Positions 15,001 to 21,915 of a DNA stretch of 64,000 nt are shown here, piece after piece. The notes beneath the pieces were generated by a model. It made no database searches, had not been told where the DNA came from, and was given only the letters and a program-made list of their open reading frames with translations. Within the stretch, counting starts at the first letter, position 1. Each line of letters starts with the position of its first letter. The stretch is from contig NW_027117342.1 in the NCBI RefSeq assembly GCF_038025025.1, forward strand, positions 682,001 through 746,000, given 5' to 3'. This stretch comes from Phyllosticta citribraziliensis (lineage: Eukaryota). Made by a program: the position numbers and the translations under genes.

Positions 15001-16213
15001 AGCCGCCAGAGATAGTAGGGTAAATCGTCGACGTGATCGGGGCCGTAAGCGAGGAAGTACCATCGTAGGGGAGAGTGATGTACACTACGCCAGATGCCGA
15101 GGATGCGGCTCCAGATTGAGAGGCCGGCAGCGTGTAGGGCGTCTCGACGTACACAGTGGTACCTTGTCCTGAGACGGTCGGGAAAACAGTGTACGTTATC
15201 GGAGCAGTGAGCATTGCTGAAAGGCAAGGCACTGTCAGAGTAGTAATGCCTGCAGCCGCCGACGACGCAGTCCCGGATGCTTCTGTGCCTGCTGACGGGG
15301 GAGTTTCTACTACCACAATGGTTTGACCTCCTGAACTAGACGGCAGAATGGTTGATGTGATAGGGGCCGTCAATGAGGATGTGCCGTCGTAAGGAATTGT
15401 GAAGGTGGTGATAGCCGGTGCGCCTCCTCCAACTCCGCTGGATGTCGCCGCTGGAGGAGTTTCCACAACCACAAGAGTCCGGTCCCCCGAGACAGTGGGA
15501 AAGATTGTCGAGGTGATTGGTCCGGTCAGAGTGGAGGTTCCATCATACGGGATCGTCAAAGTGATGATTCCCGGAGCAACACCGCCAGCTCCGCTAGATG
15601 TCACTGCTGGTGGGGTTTCCACGACCACAATCGTCTGACCCCCTGAGATAGTGGGCAGAATTGTGGAAGTGATGGGAGCCGTCAGTGTAGACGTTCCATC
15701 GTAAGGTATCGTAAAAGTGATGATGCCTGAAGCAGCGGCAGCAGCTCCGCTAGAAGAGATTCCGCTTGAGGATGCAGGTGCAGTGGCTGGAGGAGTAGTG
15801 GTAACTATCAGAGTGTTTGTCAAGGTCGTTGTTGCAACCATTGACGTTATTGCGCTTGCAGAGTCGGGAGGATTCGTGCGCGTGACGGTGCTCGTGACTC
15901 CAGAACCTGGACCGCTGAGGGTCAAAGTCCGGGTCATTCTACCGGTGGTCGTGACAAGGGCCGTAATTAGGGTATCGAGTCTGGTCGGGCCAGGCACAAT
16001 GATGATAGGGCCGCCAGTAATGGTCAAAGCAGTGGCTTGAGAAAGAGAGGTTTCGACATGAATGGGCTGTTCAATCACGGTAGGGCCCTCCCAAATCTCG
16101 ACTAAGCAGTCTGGATCATGGACGAGCGCCTTGGGGACGAGCGCCTTGGGCCAGAGCAGCCCGCCAGCGGCGGACTGCACCAGCAGGCTGGCTATGATGC
16201 CGCCTCGCATCAT
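1..16213 (-). CDS. Giant putatively secreted Thr/Pro/Ser-rich tandem-repeat adhesin/flocculin-like protein (>5,400 aa, 3' end outside the window)
   Basis: ATG at 16213 gives MMRGGIIASLLVQSAAGGLLWP..., a hydrophobic signal-like start. The same frame reads sensibly at 10798 (TASIRRTLNN) and at bases 2-61 (TVLIETPYAGTTTIYTGYTG). The ORF track has no stop-terminated ORF in this frame. More than 100 repeats of ~35-41 aa, e.g. GITTLTIPYTGTASLTAPLTSTILPTVSGDLTTILVQTP (consensus by eye), resemble Candida ALS and S. pombe flocculin repeats. Confidence 0.88.
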   Translation of the reverse strand, partial: MMRGGIIASLLVQSAAGGLLWPKALVPKALVHDPDCLVEIWEGPTVIEQPIHVETSLSQATALTITGGPIIIVPGPTRLDTLITALVTTTGRMTRTLTLSGPGSGVTSTVTRTNPPDSASAITSMVATTTLTNTLIVTTTPPATAPASSSGISSSGAAAAASGIITFTIPYDGTSTLTAPITSTILPTISGGQTIVVVETPPAVTSSGAGGVAPGIITLTIPYDGTSTLTGPITSTIFPTVSGDRTLVVVETPPAATSSGVGGGAPAITTFTIPYDGTSSLTAPITSTILPSSSGGQTIVVVETPPSAGTEASGTASSAAAGITTLTVPCLSAMLTAPITYTVFPTVSGQGTTVYVETPYTLPASQSGAASSASGVVYITLPYDGTSSLTAPITSTIYPTISGGLTTILVETPAGATNAPQASGITTIYLPYDGTSSLTAPITSTIYPSSSGGSTTVVIETPAAGSPVVSGIITITLPYDGTASLTAPITTTLLPTASGQSTTVLVQTPPSDAGITTLTLPYTGTSSLTAPFTTTILPTNSRGRTTVLIQTPRGLGVVYITEPYTGTESLTGPITSTILPTVSGEPTTILVATPVSNEAESPTDTGITTLTVPYTGTASLTAPLTTTILPTNSRGRTTILVQTPRGLGVVYITEPYTGTESLTAPFTTTILPTISGEPTTILVETPVGQGATATPSNAPSGVTFVTLPYAGTGSLTGPRTTTILPTASGELTTILVETPAGQSVPSNSSTTASSGVTYLTLPYSGTSSLTAPITQTLLPTAPGQPTTILVQTPGSIQPAQSGVTYITVPYPGTSLITAPVTFTILPTAAGDLTTIYVETPVAGPSESTNSPSGITFVTAAYSGTASITAPLTSTILPTISGEPTTILIQTPATGPAASVSAPSGVTFVTVPYSGTAALTAPLTSTILPTVSGGLTTILVQDPSLSSESTLPTAFSSLRPSGNFSIPSGSLSLSSTPESITSAIPSESGSILPSSLSSSSEETITYTVFYVGGTTTATLTPNPRGQGRRSIIVGIPYNALYTGPVDPITETAAYDGTTTRTITLLPTVSGGFATVVVETPAALPTLSAPTASMTASFPVGSNSTGSFVGLSSFISSLFSSAASGSPPNSFPQITPSANSTIPSTPGAESSASGISPEESGSAFPSSTSLTTRSYVGGVATTTLLFDPSQGVSDGPFVIAPATGIFTGPVVSQTLTAPYAGSTTQTITLLPTGTDVFGTVVIETPALTAGPFSTSTRSYVGGTTTATLQFDPSQGVSDGPFIISPATGVFTGPVVSQTLTAPYAGSTTQTITLLPTGTDGFGTVVIETPALTAAPSVTATRSYVGGTVTTTLQFDLSQGVSDGPFVISPATGIFTGPVVSQTLTAPYSGSTTQTITLLPTGTDTFGTVVIETPALTSGPSASASTATRSYVGGTATNTLIVDPVSGITQSPFVVAPATSLFTGPVISQTLTAAYDGPTTQTITLLPTGTDSFGTIVIETPALSAGPSTSTETRSYVGGSATNTLVVNPVSGLTRRPIIIAAPATALFTGPVVSQTLTAAYDGSTTQTITLLPTGTDLYGTVVIETPSAAASSTAPLITSAATRQYVGGVSTDTLVVNPYPGLTESTFVIYPVTATVYTGALASQTLTAGYSGLTTRTITLFPTGTDSFGTVVVETPSFVPTVTPITQTPPTTPLPTSSSSATGLLASLSSFFGLSSSESVSGTLGTPSFSSFSTFNATGNFSTPITPSASFPASEISSIISALSSISSLPPDESISAISSLSSELASLSFAVQPSVLSELASLTQPRTASIRRTLNNIPLARALYDLADLEDPEASSILSDLLGFTSIDPAALPSAEASIISAIQALSSRLPAASVSRILSDLLTPATVSAETTSTSASLTPSSAPGASATGPGASTGPVNAVTVTLPGASNAPITTFTLPPANSGDPETVVIEIPPDYEASESAASGITTVTSRYNGTTPTTFTVLPTASGDLTTVYVQIPASASLSASPASGVTYVTRPWSGSITTTLTIPPTASGDLTTVLVETPASAAPPSASGITTLTIPYTGTSAITAPLTSTILPTASGDLTTVLVETPSPSGITYVTLPYGGATPTTSTILPTVSGDLTTILVETPSASGITYVTLPWTGLTPTSTTILPTVSGDLTTILVETPAAASGVTYLTRPYTGTSLITAPLTATIQPSISGDLTTILVETPAAAFGVTSLTRPYTGTSLITAPLTTTIQPSISGDLTTVLVETPASAAPQESGVTSLTIEYTGTASLTAPLTSTLLPSASGQLTTILVQTPASPRPSGVTFLTVPYPGTALLTAPLTSTIVPTASGDLTTILVQVPAATSPAPGVTSLTVAYNGTSAITAPITQIIPPASSGGLTTILVQTPPAASPGNGITYLTVPYTGTASLSAPLTSTLLPTVSGDLTTILVQTPPAAPQISGITTLTVPYVGTASLTAPLTTTLLPTLSGELTTVLIQTPPAARGITFVTLPFTGTEFLTAPSTTTLLPTASDGLTTVLVQTPPGASPAPGITSLTIPYTGTAILTAPLTSTIVPTISGDLTTVLIQTPAAASGITTLTIPYSGTLSLSAALTQTILPTISGDLTSVIIQTPPASPFEPGITTYTVPYTGTLNLSAPLTSTVFPTVSGELTSVVIQTPPGAVSSAEGITTLTIPYSGTALLTTPLTSTLLPTVSGDLTTVLVQTPAGAASAASGITTLTIPYVGTALLTAPLTSTLLPTASGEITTVLVQIPATSAPSASGITTLTVPYVGTALLTAPLTSTLLPTASGDLTTVLIQIPAITSTAETGVTYVTLPYAGTALITAPVTSTILPTATGDLTTILVQTPNSEAPVASGVTYVTLPYEGTALLTAPLTSTILPTATGDLTTILVQIPLSSVLPTSGVTSLTIPYTGTALLTAPLTSTILPTASGELTTILVQTPAAALASGITTLTIPYVGTEALTAPLTSTILPTALGEITSIIIQTPSAPLGITTLTQAYTGSLPITIPLTSTLLPTASGEITSVIIQTPVAYPSGITTLTQLYTGTLPITAALTSTILPTASDEITTVLVQIPVPTLAPGITSLTVPYSGSLPIIAPLTSTILPTASGDLTTILIQTPVASAAPGITSLTIPYTGSIPITAPLTSTLLPTISGEPTTILVQVPAASGLISLTVPYTGSIPITAPLTSTLLPSALGDPTTVLVQVPAASGIVYSTVPYTGSVEITAPLTSTLLPTISGQPTIILVQTPQLLGVTSLTVPYSGTELLTAPLTSTYLPTASGDLTTILVQTPIASPEPGVTTLTQAYTGSLPITAPLTSTLAPGSLGGLTTVLIETPSIPSITSQAIGGIITLSQTYVGSTPTTATFLPSESGGRTTIVVANPVPTTGALLITEAYDGTTPTTSTIAPTSSGGQSTVLVQVPVSALFTSLPASGTGTISLTTSYLGSTPTAVTILPGTRGGPAFIIFHQPQTALFLPTAAPATVTTVTSGYSGSIISTTTLSPGAAGDLTTVLIQTPTAVFASGAVTVTLGYGGSTPTTTTILPTVSGDRTTVLIETPFSGLAGATTLFSGYTGVTPTTRTFLPTASGDLTTILIETPASSALAGVTTLYSGYSGIIPITQTFAPTALGDLTTILIQTPFSSSFVPGITTRTVGYPGSVPTTTTILPFLSDGSTTVLVQIPYASFSGLVTLTTGYTGSIPFTTTLEPLSPGDPTTVLIQTPAPTGPGAVTLTSGYSGAVPRTTTLLPLDPEDETTVLIETPYSSENGQVTITTGYSGSTPYTTTLSPLSPGDQTTVLIETPFSSDNGQVTITTGYSGSIPFTRTLTPSDPDDETTVLVETPFISVTGEVTITTGYSGSVPTTYTLTPAFPGDQTTVLVETPFASEDGQITITTGYTGSIPFTRTLTPLDPDDQTTVLVETPFSSAVGEVTITTGYSGSVPTTLTLVPSFSGDQTTVLIQTPFPNGVVSLTTGYSGATPYTTTLTPSLPGDPTTVLVETPFASQSIVTLTSGYSGTTPTTTTLLPLNSGDPTTVLIETPFSVPGVVYITTGYPGSVPTTTTILPSVSGGVTTILIETPFSVPGVVSVTSGYSGSVPYTTTLQPSAIGDPTTVLVETPFPQSGIVSLTTGYSGTTPRTTTILPSATDELTTILVETPFSVPGIVTLTSGYLGSVPYLTTLFPATPGDPTTVLLETPFPSLDQVTLTTGYSGSIPFLSTLLPATAGDPTTVLLQTPFPSQAVVTLTSGYSGSMPLLTTLTPAFPGDPTTVLFETPFEVSSSLSLPGATILTIGYTGDSTITRTISPTLPGDLTTILIETPGATTLTIPYLGSSVATTTYLPLSSGQQTTVVVETPFSAASEASGTGLTTLTIPYTGLVARTTTVTPLLPGRQTTVFVQLPLWNLASATAAPTGITTITQGYTGLVPTTTTLTPSSMGDLTTVLVETPFTSPAGQTTTITNFYAGSTPFTTTLFATGSDLIDTVEVNVPTSTFEEPLSTITTTQGWTGATPQTTTLTPASDGEQIITVVIETPFGIPTTISTRGYCCGTTTNLVSIDDGPSFIATPSTPPPFGGEYASQTLTGAYDGSTTQTIRLFPTGTDSLTTYLVQTPYFAPTSANPLTVTSTVGYGGSVPTSTTIFATQSGEPDTVLIETPTSSEFALTVTITSAYTGLTPTSTTIFATASGQPDTVLIETPLSSVEDYTITTTVTWTGVTPTSTTLFATNSEDPDTVLVQVPSSAFPGSTITITSAYTGLLPTSTTIFATVPGAPDTVLIETPLSSAEEGYTVTTTLTWTGVTPTSTTIFATASNEPDTVLVEVPSSAVPSRITLTITSGYLGSTPTSTTIYASNSADPDTVLVETPLSPSARATVTLTSGYLGSTPTSTTIFASASEDSDTILVETPFSTSARATVTITSGYAGSSLTSTTIYATDPTAPDTILVETPSSATGNTITITSGYLGSTPMTTTIFASASNEPDTVLIETPFASSSVRSTITLTSGYTGLTPSLTTIFATASEDPDTVLLETPFSSSAIRSTITLTSGYSGITPSLTTIFATASEDPDTVLLETPYASSRIRSTITLTSGYSGSTLSLTTIFATASEDPDTVLIETPFASSASRSTITLTSGYTGSIPSLTTIFASASDDPDTVLLETPYSSSAPIRSTVTLTSGYAGSTPTSTTIFAIISSDPDTVLVEIPTSRATITLTSGYTGLTPTSTTIYATDVNEPDTVLVETPFASPSTITLTSGYTGLTPTSTTIFATATDEPDTVLIETPYASASTITLTSGYTGLTPTSTTIYATGTEEPDTVLIETPFSSAVPSTITLTSGYTGLTPTSTTIYATDTDEPDTVLIETPFSSAIPSTITLTSGYTGLTPTSTTIYATETGEPDTVLIETPYAGTTTIYTGYTG

Positions 16214-17200
16214 GTCCACCTGTCGTCAGCAATCTCTCTGTGAAAACTTACCTCTAGCTTCTCCAATCTCTGTGTTTTGGGTAAAAAGTCTTGCTGTGGA
16301 GGGTGAAGGCCAAATGCGCTGACTGGCAAACGACAGACTTTGGGCGTAGAACAACGAATGAACGGTAGGGAAGAGACCGTGAGAGCTTGCCCGAGGCAAT
16401 GCGGAAAAGAGCGTGTGTATTTTTTTACTGGCGACGCGGCTTTGAAAGTCTTTGAGCAAAACAACGCGCAAATCGATTTACAAACACCCCATCGCGTTCT
16501 TCCCGTCCTTGCCTCCTGCACCGTGAGAGGTATTCCAACAGTCGCCAATAGCATCCTTCTCTCCGCATTTGGGCACGCCTTTTCGTGCCATCTGCTGTCC
16601 CCATACGAGGCTCTTTGATCTTTGCGGTGGCCATGGCCCTTGATTGGCCCGGAATGTAGTTGACAGAGCCAGAGAAGCTCTGGTTGGGAATGCATCAACA
16701 GAAAATTGTGGCTCCATTGACCGTGCTGAGAATGCGTGACAATCACCGAACTCAGGGTCGGACATTGTTCAGTTTGCGCAAACAATCGCTGAAAGAAACC
16801 AAAAAGACAAAGCAGAGCGTGATGAGTTGTAGATGGTCAATTCCGCTGTGCCGTTTGAGGGGTCTGTGGGGTTGTGGGTCTTACATAAGCATTTTCCACG
16901 CGAGCTTGGCCCGATTGGCGAAGCTTGACCGGCCAAGACTTTCTCCCCAAACCACCAGGGCACCTCGTCGACCTCAACCACCTCCTCTCTTCTCTCCCCT
17001 CCCCCTTGCTGCAAGAGCCTTGACTCTCTGAACAGCCATCGCAAATGGCTCCGTCGGTGACCCCTTGACTGCATGCTGATCAAGGCCGAAGGCGACGGTG
17101 CTTACCTCTTTCTCAGAGCAATCCTTTGGTGTCGGCCCCGTCTACCTCGTGTCGCCCATCCCCGGCCCTGCTTCTCGAAATGCGACTCGACCAACACTTA

Positions 17201-17379
17201 CAGCGGGTGTCGAAAGAAATGAGACCTCCTGGCAAGGAATATGCGTCTGGCTAGGGAGCATCCAATCGCTGCTGCAGCTGCACTTGAGGAGCATACATGC
17301 GCTGCTATAGTTGCGCTGAGGGAGCAGTCGTCCATTGCCAGCCAGACCCAGGGAGTCACATTTCTTTCGACCCCTACTG
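17201..17379. mobile_element. MITE (~179 bp), Tc1/mariner-like termini, with internal 33-bp repeats
   Basis: Left end CAGCGGGTGTCGAAAGAAATGAGACCTCCTGG. Reverse complement of the right end is CAGTAGGGGTCGAAAGAAATGTGACTCCCTGG. TA on the left flank, TG on the right. About 3 internal 33-bp GGAGCA-containing units. Confidence 0.7.
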
Positions 17380-17973
17380 TGGCCCAGGCTTCGTAGCTTC
17401 GAATCTCTAAGGTGTCGGCCTTGCCCTTCGGTCTGTCTCCACACTCAATCGCCACCACAATTTCACACAGTGGGCTGTTTGTTGAAGTTGGTGCTCCACG
17501 TTGAGATGGTGCGACTCAAAAATCTGGAGCAAAGAATTTCGCAGGGACGTGACAAGGTGAGCTCGGCTTGTGCTGCTCCAAGCTGTCCCTTGCTTCAAGG
17601 TTTGCTGCACATATTTTCTATTTTCTTTCTGCGATTCTACTCCTACTCCTACCAAAGAAAAGGAAGAACATAAGGCCTTGATGGCAAACGCACGGAGCAG
17701 ACCGCAAGCGGCATTGAGCCTTGGAGAGCCTTGTTTCTCAGGCCTTTTGCCTCCTCGCTCTTCCCCGTGATTGTCTCAACCATTTGAAATCAATTCGCCA
17801 TCCCGGGCCGCATTTCCATCAATCTTCTCCGTAGACATCCGTCTTTTCTTTTCATTCCATCGTCAAATCATCAATGCAGGCAGCAAATAGCAGCGCTCTA
17901 ATCTCTCCATCTTTGCCATACTTTCATTCCAGTACCTCTCGTCAGCCAATTGCCACCGCAAGTTTCTGTCAAG

Positions 17974-19071
17974 TCAGCGCGTCTTCGTCAAAGAGTCCGA
18001 GGCTCGATCGCAGACGTCATGGCACAAGTGACCATACCATGGCTGCTCCCTGTCTGCGACCCTTCTTTTTCTGCTTTGTGCGTGCCACGACGTCGGCACC
18101 AAGCCTCGATCCAAAAGCTTACCCAGGTTTCGCTCGTCCCAGTGTACCCTCCGCTTGCGCCGCAATGACATGGTCTGCTTCATGCGCATTTCAACCTCCT
18201 TTACCGGTTTAATCATGGTTTTGACTCTCAACTCTTCCAACTCTTCGCCGACGACCCACGAGCGAGGCACGTCGTAGCCACATCTTGCAGTGTCAAAAGC
18301 GCCCCCGCTCGCAGGGAAGATAGGAATGAACTGCGTATCCTCTCGCTCCCTTTCTCTCGCAAAAGGCAGCTCGGGCAACACGGGCGGACCTCCGCCTCTG
18401 GCTCCTTCGTCCCCACAGCCACAGCCGTCCCCAAAGATCGACCAATCATCTGCCTCCCCTTGCTCTTCCCACAAGTCCTCATGGAATGTGTAAACCTCCG
18501 GCCGTGGCTCTCGCTCAAGGAGTCCGCATCCAATCCACACCTCTTCGAGTCTGATGTCCACGCCGTCGCGCAGCCGACGATACCGCTCCCACGCCTCCCA
18601 CAGCTGCTTGCAACGCCTCTTCTCCGTGCATACATGCCTCTCGAGGAGATGAAAGAAGCGGCGCTTGGCTTGGAGAGATTCTTGTACGTGTCGCGCAAAA
18701 TCTTGCGTCGGTAGCAGCGCGGCGCACTCGTGGGCCCCGTCTTGCACTCTCACCATGCGCGATTTGCTGGGCGTGTAGGGAGAGTGAGCTGGATCTTCGG
18801 CTGCAGGGTTCGCGTTTGCGTCTGCGTTTGCGGTATCGTTGCCGGAGCTCCGAGCGGCGTGCAAGCGTTGCGCGATCAGTGGCTTTGGCCGCTCGTACGT
18901 GCGTACCACGCGCGTTTGCGCGGAGCCGAGCGAGCTGAATGGATTGTTCGAGACGGTAGAGGGACATTCGATGTCTTCGTCGGCGATGGGGTCTCCTGGT
19001 TTGCATCGGTTTGGGGTCTTCTTTTTCAGAGTTTCCAAAACGGAACGAAGTAATTTGAACATGGTCATCAT
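17974..19071 (-). CDS. Hypothetical protein, 365 aa
   Basis: Long ATG-initiated ORF with a charged, helical-looking middle. No family recognised. Confidence 0.55.
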   Translation of the reverse strand: MMTMFKLLRSVLETLKKKTPNRCKPGDPIADEDIECPSTVSNNPFSSLGSAQTRVVRTYERPKPLIAQRLHAARSSGNDTANADANANPAAEDPAHSPYTPSKSRMVRVQDGAHECAALLPTQDFARHVQESLQAKRRFFHLLERHVCTEKRRCKQLWEAWERYRRLRDGVDIRLEEVWIGCGLLEREPRPEVYTFHEDLWEEQGEADDWSIFGDGCGCGDEGARGGGPPVLPELPFAREREREDTQFIPIFPASGGAFDTARCGYDVPRSWVVGEELEELRVKTMIKPVKEVEMRMKQTMSLRRKRRVHWDERNLGKLLDRGLVPTSWHAQSRKRRVADREQPWYGHLCHDVCDRASDSLTKTR

Positions 19072-20674
19072 TAAATCATGAAAGTGAAAAGGCTCGAAGT
19101 GGACAGAGAGTGGAAGAAATAATGGGCTCTTGTTTGTTCATAGCCGAACCTTTGCATGTTTTTGATGCGTCGTGCCCATGCTGCTGTCTAAGCACTGAGC
19201 AGAGGATCATGTCTTGGATAAGAGGGACCGGCCAGCCCCTGACTCGGTGCGCCTGTCTTGCACGGTATACAAAAGCCTTCGGGGGACTCTCCCGGGTTTT
19301 GAGTCGCTCGTAGATAGAAGTCTTTGATTGTGACTTGCCACCAGAGGTCAGGGAATACCACCACGATTTATCTCAAGCGGAGGTCATACAGTGGTTCGAG
19401 GGCAGTCCTAGGAGCATTCAAGTACTCACGTTTAAATTCGAATGATATTTTTACGTGGACGTCTGCCGCATATGAAGTCTGCGAAAAACATTATTTGCAA
19501 AACAGCTCGATTTAATTTGGAGGATGAAAAATGAATTTTTTGTTAAAAGGGCGTCTAACCACGAAGCAGATGCTCCCTTTTAGTCGTCGGTACAGGGTAT
19601 GAATGGTCTATCATGGGCGAGACTGAGTCCCTACTTTTGTTGTTCATGCCACAAATTTTTGGACCGAGCCTTGAACGTCACGAAGCGTCGATGCATCAAC
19701 CTCCGACACCAACAAGCAACACCAGACACGAGCTGCCGCTGCACCTCTGCTGGCCTTCAGTAATCATGGGAATTTCGATGTCTATTTGTCTTACCATTGT
19801 GTTGATGTAATCATTCTCGCGCTTCGGCGCTAGCATTTCCCCATCAAATGGCGACCTCTCAAAGAGGCCAAGATGTCGCACAGCACCGCACAAACGGTGG
19901 TTCTCATGCGCATACGGCTTGGGGTATTCCAGAAGCACGACCAAGTGCAGAGAGACTAGCACTTTGAATATGAGAAGGACCTTCATTGCGCCCACGAGAG
20001 TAATGGCAAGGGTGCACACTGCGCACCTCCAATCTACTCTCATTCATTCGCAGCAATGGGGGAGGTCAAGTAGATGATGCACAATGGTAGGGAGCACCCA
20101 ACTCAAGCTCCTCAAACTTCGAAAGTTCGACTTGTGTGTGACTCCAGCTGCGTTTGTGGATGGACAGTCTTGTAGCCTCCAGCGAAGTCACCAGCCAACT
20201 TTTCGTCGCCGAGATTACCGCCTTTGGACGGCTCCTCCCTCCACCTCGGCGCACGCGGCCATGGCAGCGCAGCGCGACTCAAAATCACCTCCACACCCCA
20301 CTCCATCCTCCGCTTCGCCCTCTGCATCACTCACCCCTCAACCAAGGCATGTACCGCCTCATCCATCAGATCACCCTCAATCAGACCATCCTCATCCAGA
20401 TCATGCATTGAATCTTCAACTGACGATCCGCGCTTGCGCTTATTCAGGTTTTGAGCGCCGCGCAAGCTTCACACTCGCCCTGCTGTCACAGACACCGATC
20501 CGCCCTCCTTCTGAAGACGCGTGACTGAGCGCCTCTCCCTTCATTCGCGAACCATCGTCCTTACACTCCACTCCGCTAGACCTCGAAAGGCTTTTTCACA
20601 AATAGCTCCTCGCCAATCTCTACGGTGAGTTCAAAGTCCCGTCCAGATCACAATCAACGATACTAACCAGCTCA

Positions 20675-21375
20675 AGAAATTCGAGTAAGCCTACCCCGTG
20701 TACCCGGAATTCTCCTGGAGACACACATCCACCCGAGCACGAGGAACTTTCAAGTGAAGACTAATAATTTCAGTAGTCCTACCCCGTGTACCCATCACAA
20801 CCTCCAACTTCCCCCTCTATCATCGACTCAAATTTGAGTAGTCCTACTGGAATTGCCCCTCTAGAGAGTACATTAAGCGCCTCTCTCTTCGGCCCAGTCA
20901 ATCTTCCTCAAGCTCCACTACCGTACACTCACCAGAATTGGCCCGCCTCGCCCACCCTCACAACCTCCGAATTCCCTCTCCGTCATTGGCCGAAATTTGA
21001 GTAGTTCTACTGGAATCACCGTTCCAGAGGGTATATCAAGCGAATCTCTCGTCGGCCTAAGCGATTTTCCTCAAGCTCCACTACACTCACCAGAATCGGG
21101 CTGCTCCGCCCACCCTCACAACGTCCGATTTCCCTCTTGGTCAGTGGCCGAAATCGAGTAGTCCTACTGGAATCGCACTTCCAGAGGGTATATCAAGCGC
21201 CTCTCTCTTCAGCCCGAGCAATCTTCCTCAAAATCCACCGCAGTCGCCAGAGCCGGCCCGTTTCGCCCGCACCCAAAACCTCAAACTTCCCTGTTTGCTG
21301 CTGGCCAATATTCGAGTAGGCTTACCAAAATCGTCCTTCCAGAGGGTATATCAACCGCCTCTCTCTTCGGTACCA
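20675..21375. repeat. Degenerate ~160-bp tandem repeat (~3.5 units plus two shorter upstream partial units)
   Basis: The core GAGTAG(T/G)..TAC..AAT...CCAGAGGGTATATCAAGCGCCTCTCTCTTC recurs with GAGTA at 20836, 20999, 21156 and 21314 (spacings 163, 157, 158). Partial units at 20683 and 20771. Confidence 0.8.
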
Positions 21376-21915
21376 TCCTCCTTTCTTACCCTCCACTCCG
21401 TCCACCGAAATCTTTTGTAGACGCGTAGGCTACGAATTCCGCCTGCAGCCTCAAGATCACGCACTCGCCTCAGAAGCCTATATCAGCTCTCGGCCCTTCA
21501 GTCACCAACCATCCTCCTCACACTCCACTCCACCGACCTCAAATACGTCTTTCACGCCCCTTCCGGTTTGTCCAATCCCACAGATCACGTCCACAACTAC
21601 TGCTAACCTACATCCAGCCAGTGCGCCGCCCCAGCCAGCAAGCTGAACGGAGGTCGCCATTACTTCCCCAACCAAATCTCACTAGTCTGCCAAGTCCGTC
21701 AACAACACCAACCAACAGCCCAAGTGAACACCCAACACGGATCCAACCTCACCATCGCCACTCCGCTGTCCGGAGTCTACCACGAGCCCAGGCTGAGCTC
21801 AATCAGCCACACCGCTGCCCTCAGAGCTCTACTTCACTTCACTCTGAAAGTTGCCGCACTCACTTCCGACTGCAGTCGGTAGCAAAAACCCTCGCTCACA
21901 TCCAAATCCAGCACC

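Noticed and set aside
573..16040. Dozens of Val/Gly-rich plus-strand ORFs
   Set aside because: They are antisense shadows of the Thr/Pro-rich minus-strand adhesin.
18130..18165. KRRVHW PP1-docking (RVxF-type) motif in the 365-aa protein
   Set aside because: A short motif that often arises by chance, with no conservation evidence available.
20675..21375. CRISPR-like array (also considered for the 33-bp repeats)
   Set aside because: Eukaryotic context, degenerate whole-unit tandem repeats with no unique spacers, and no cas genes.
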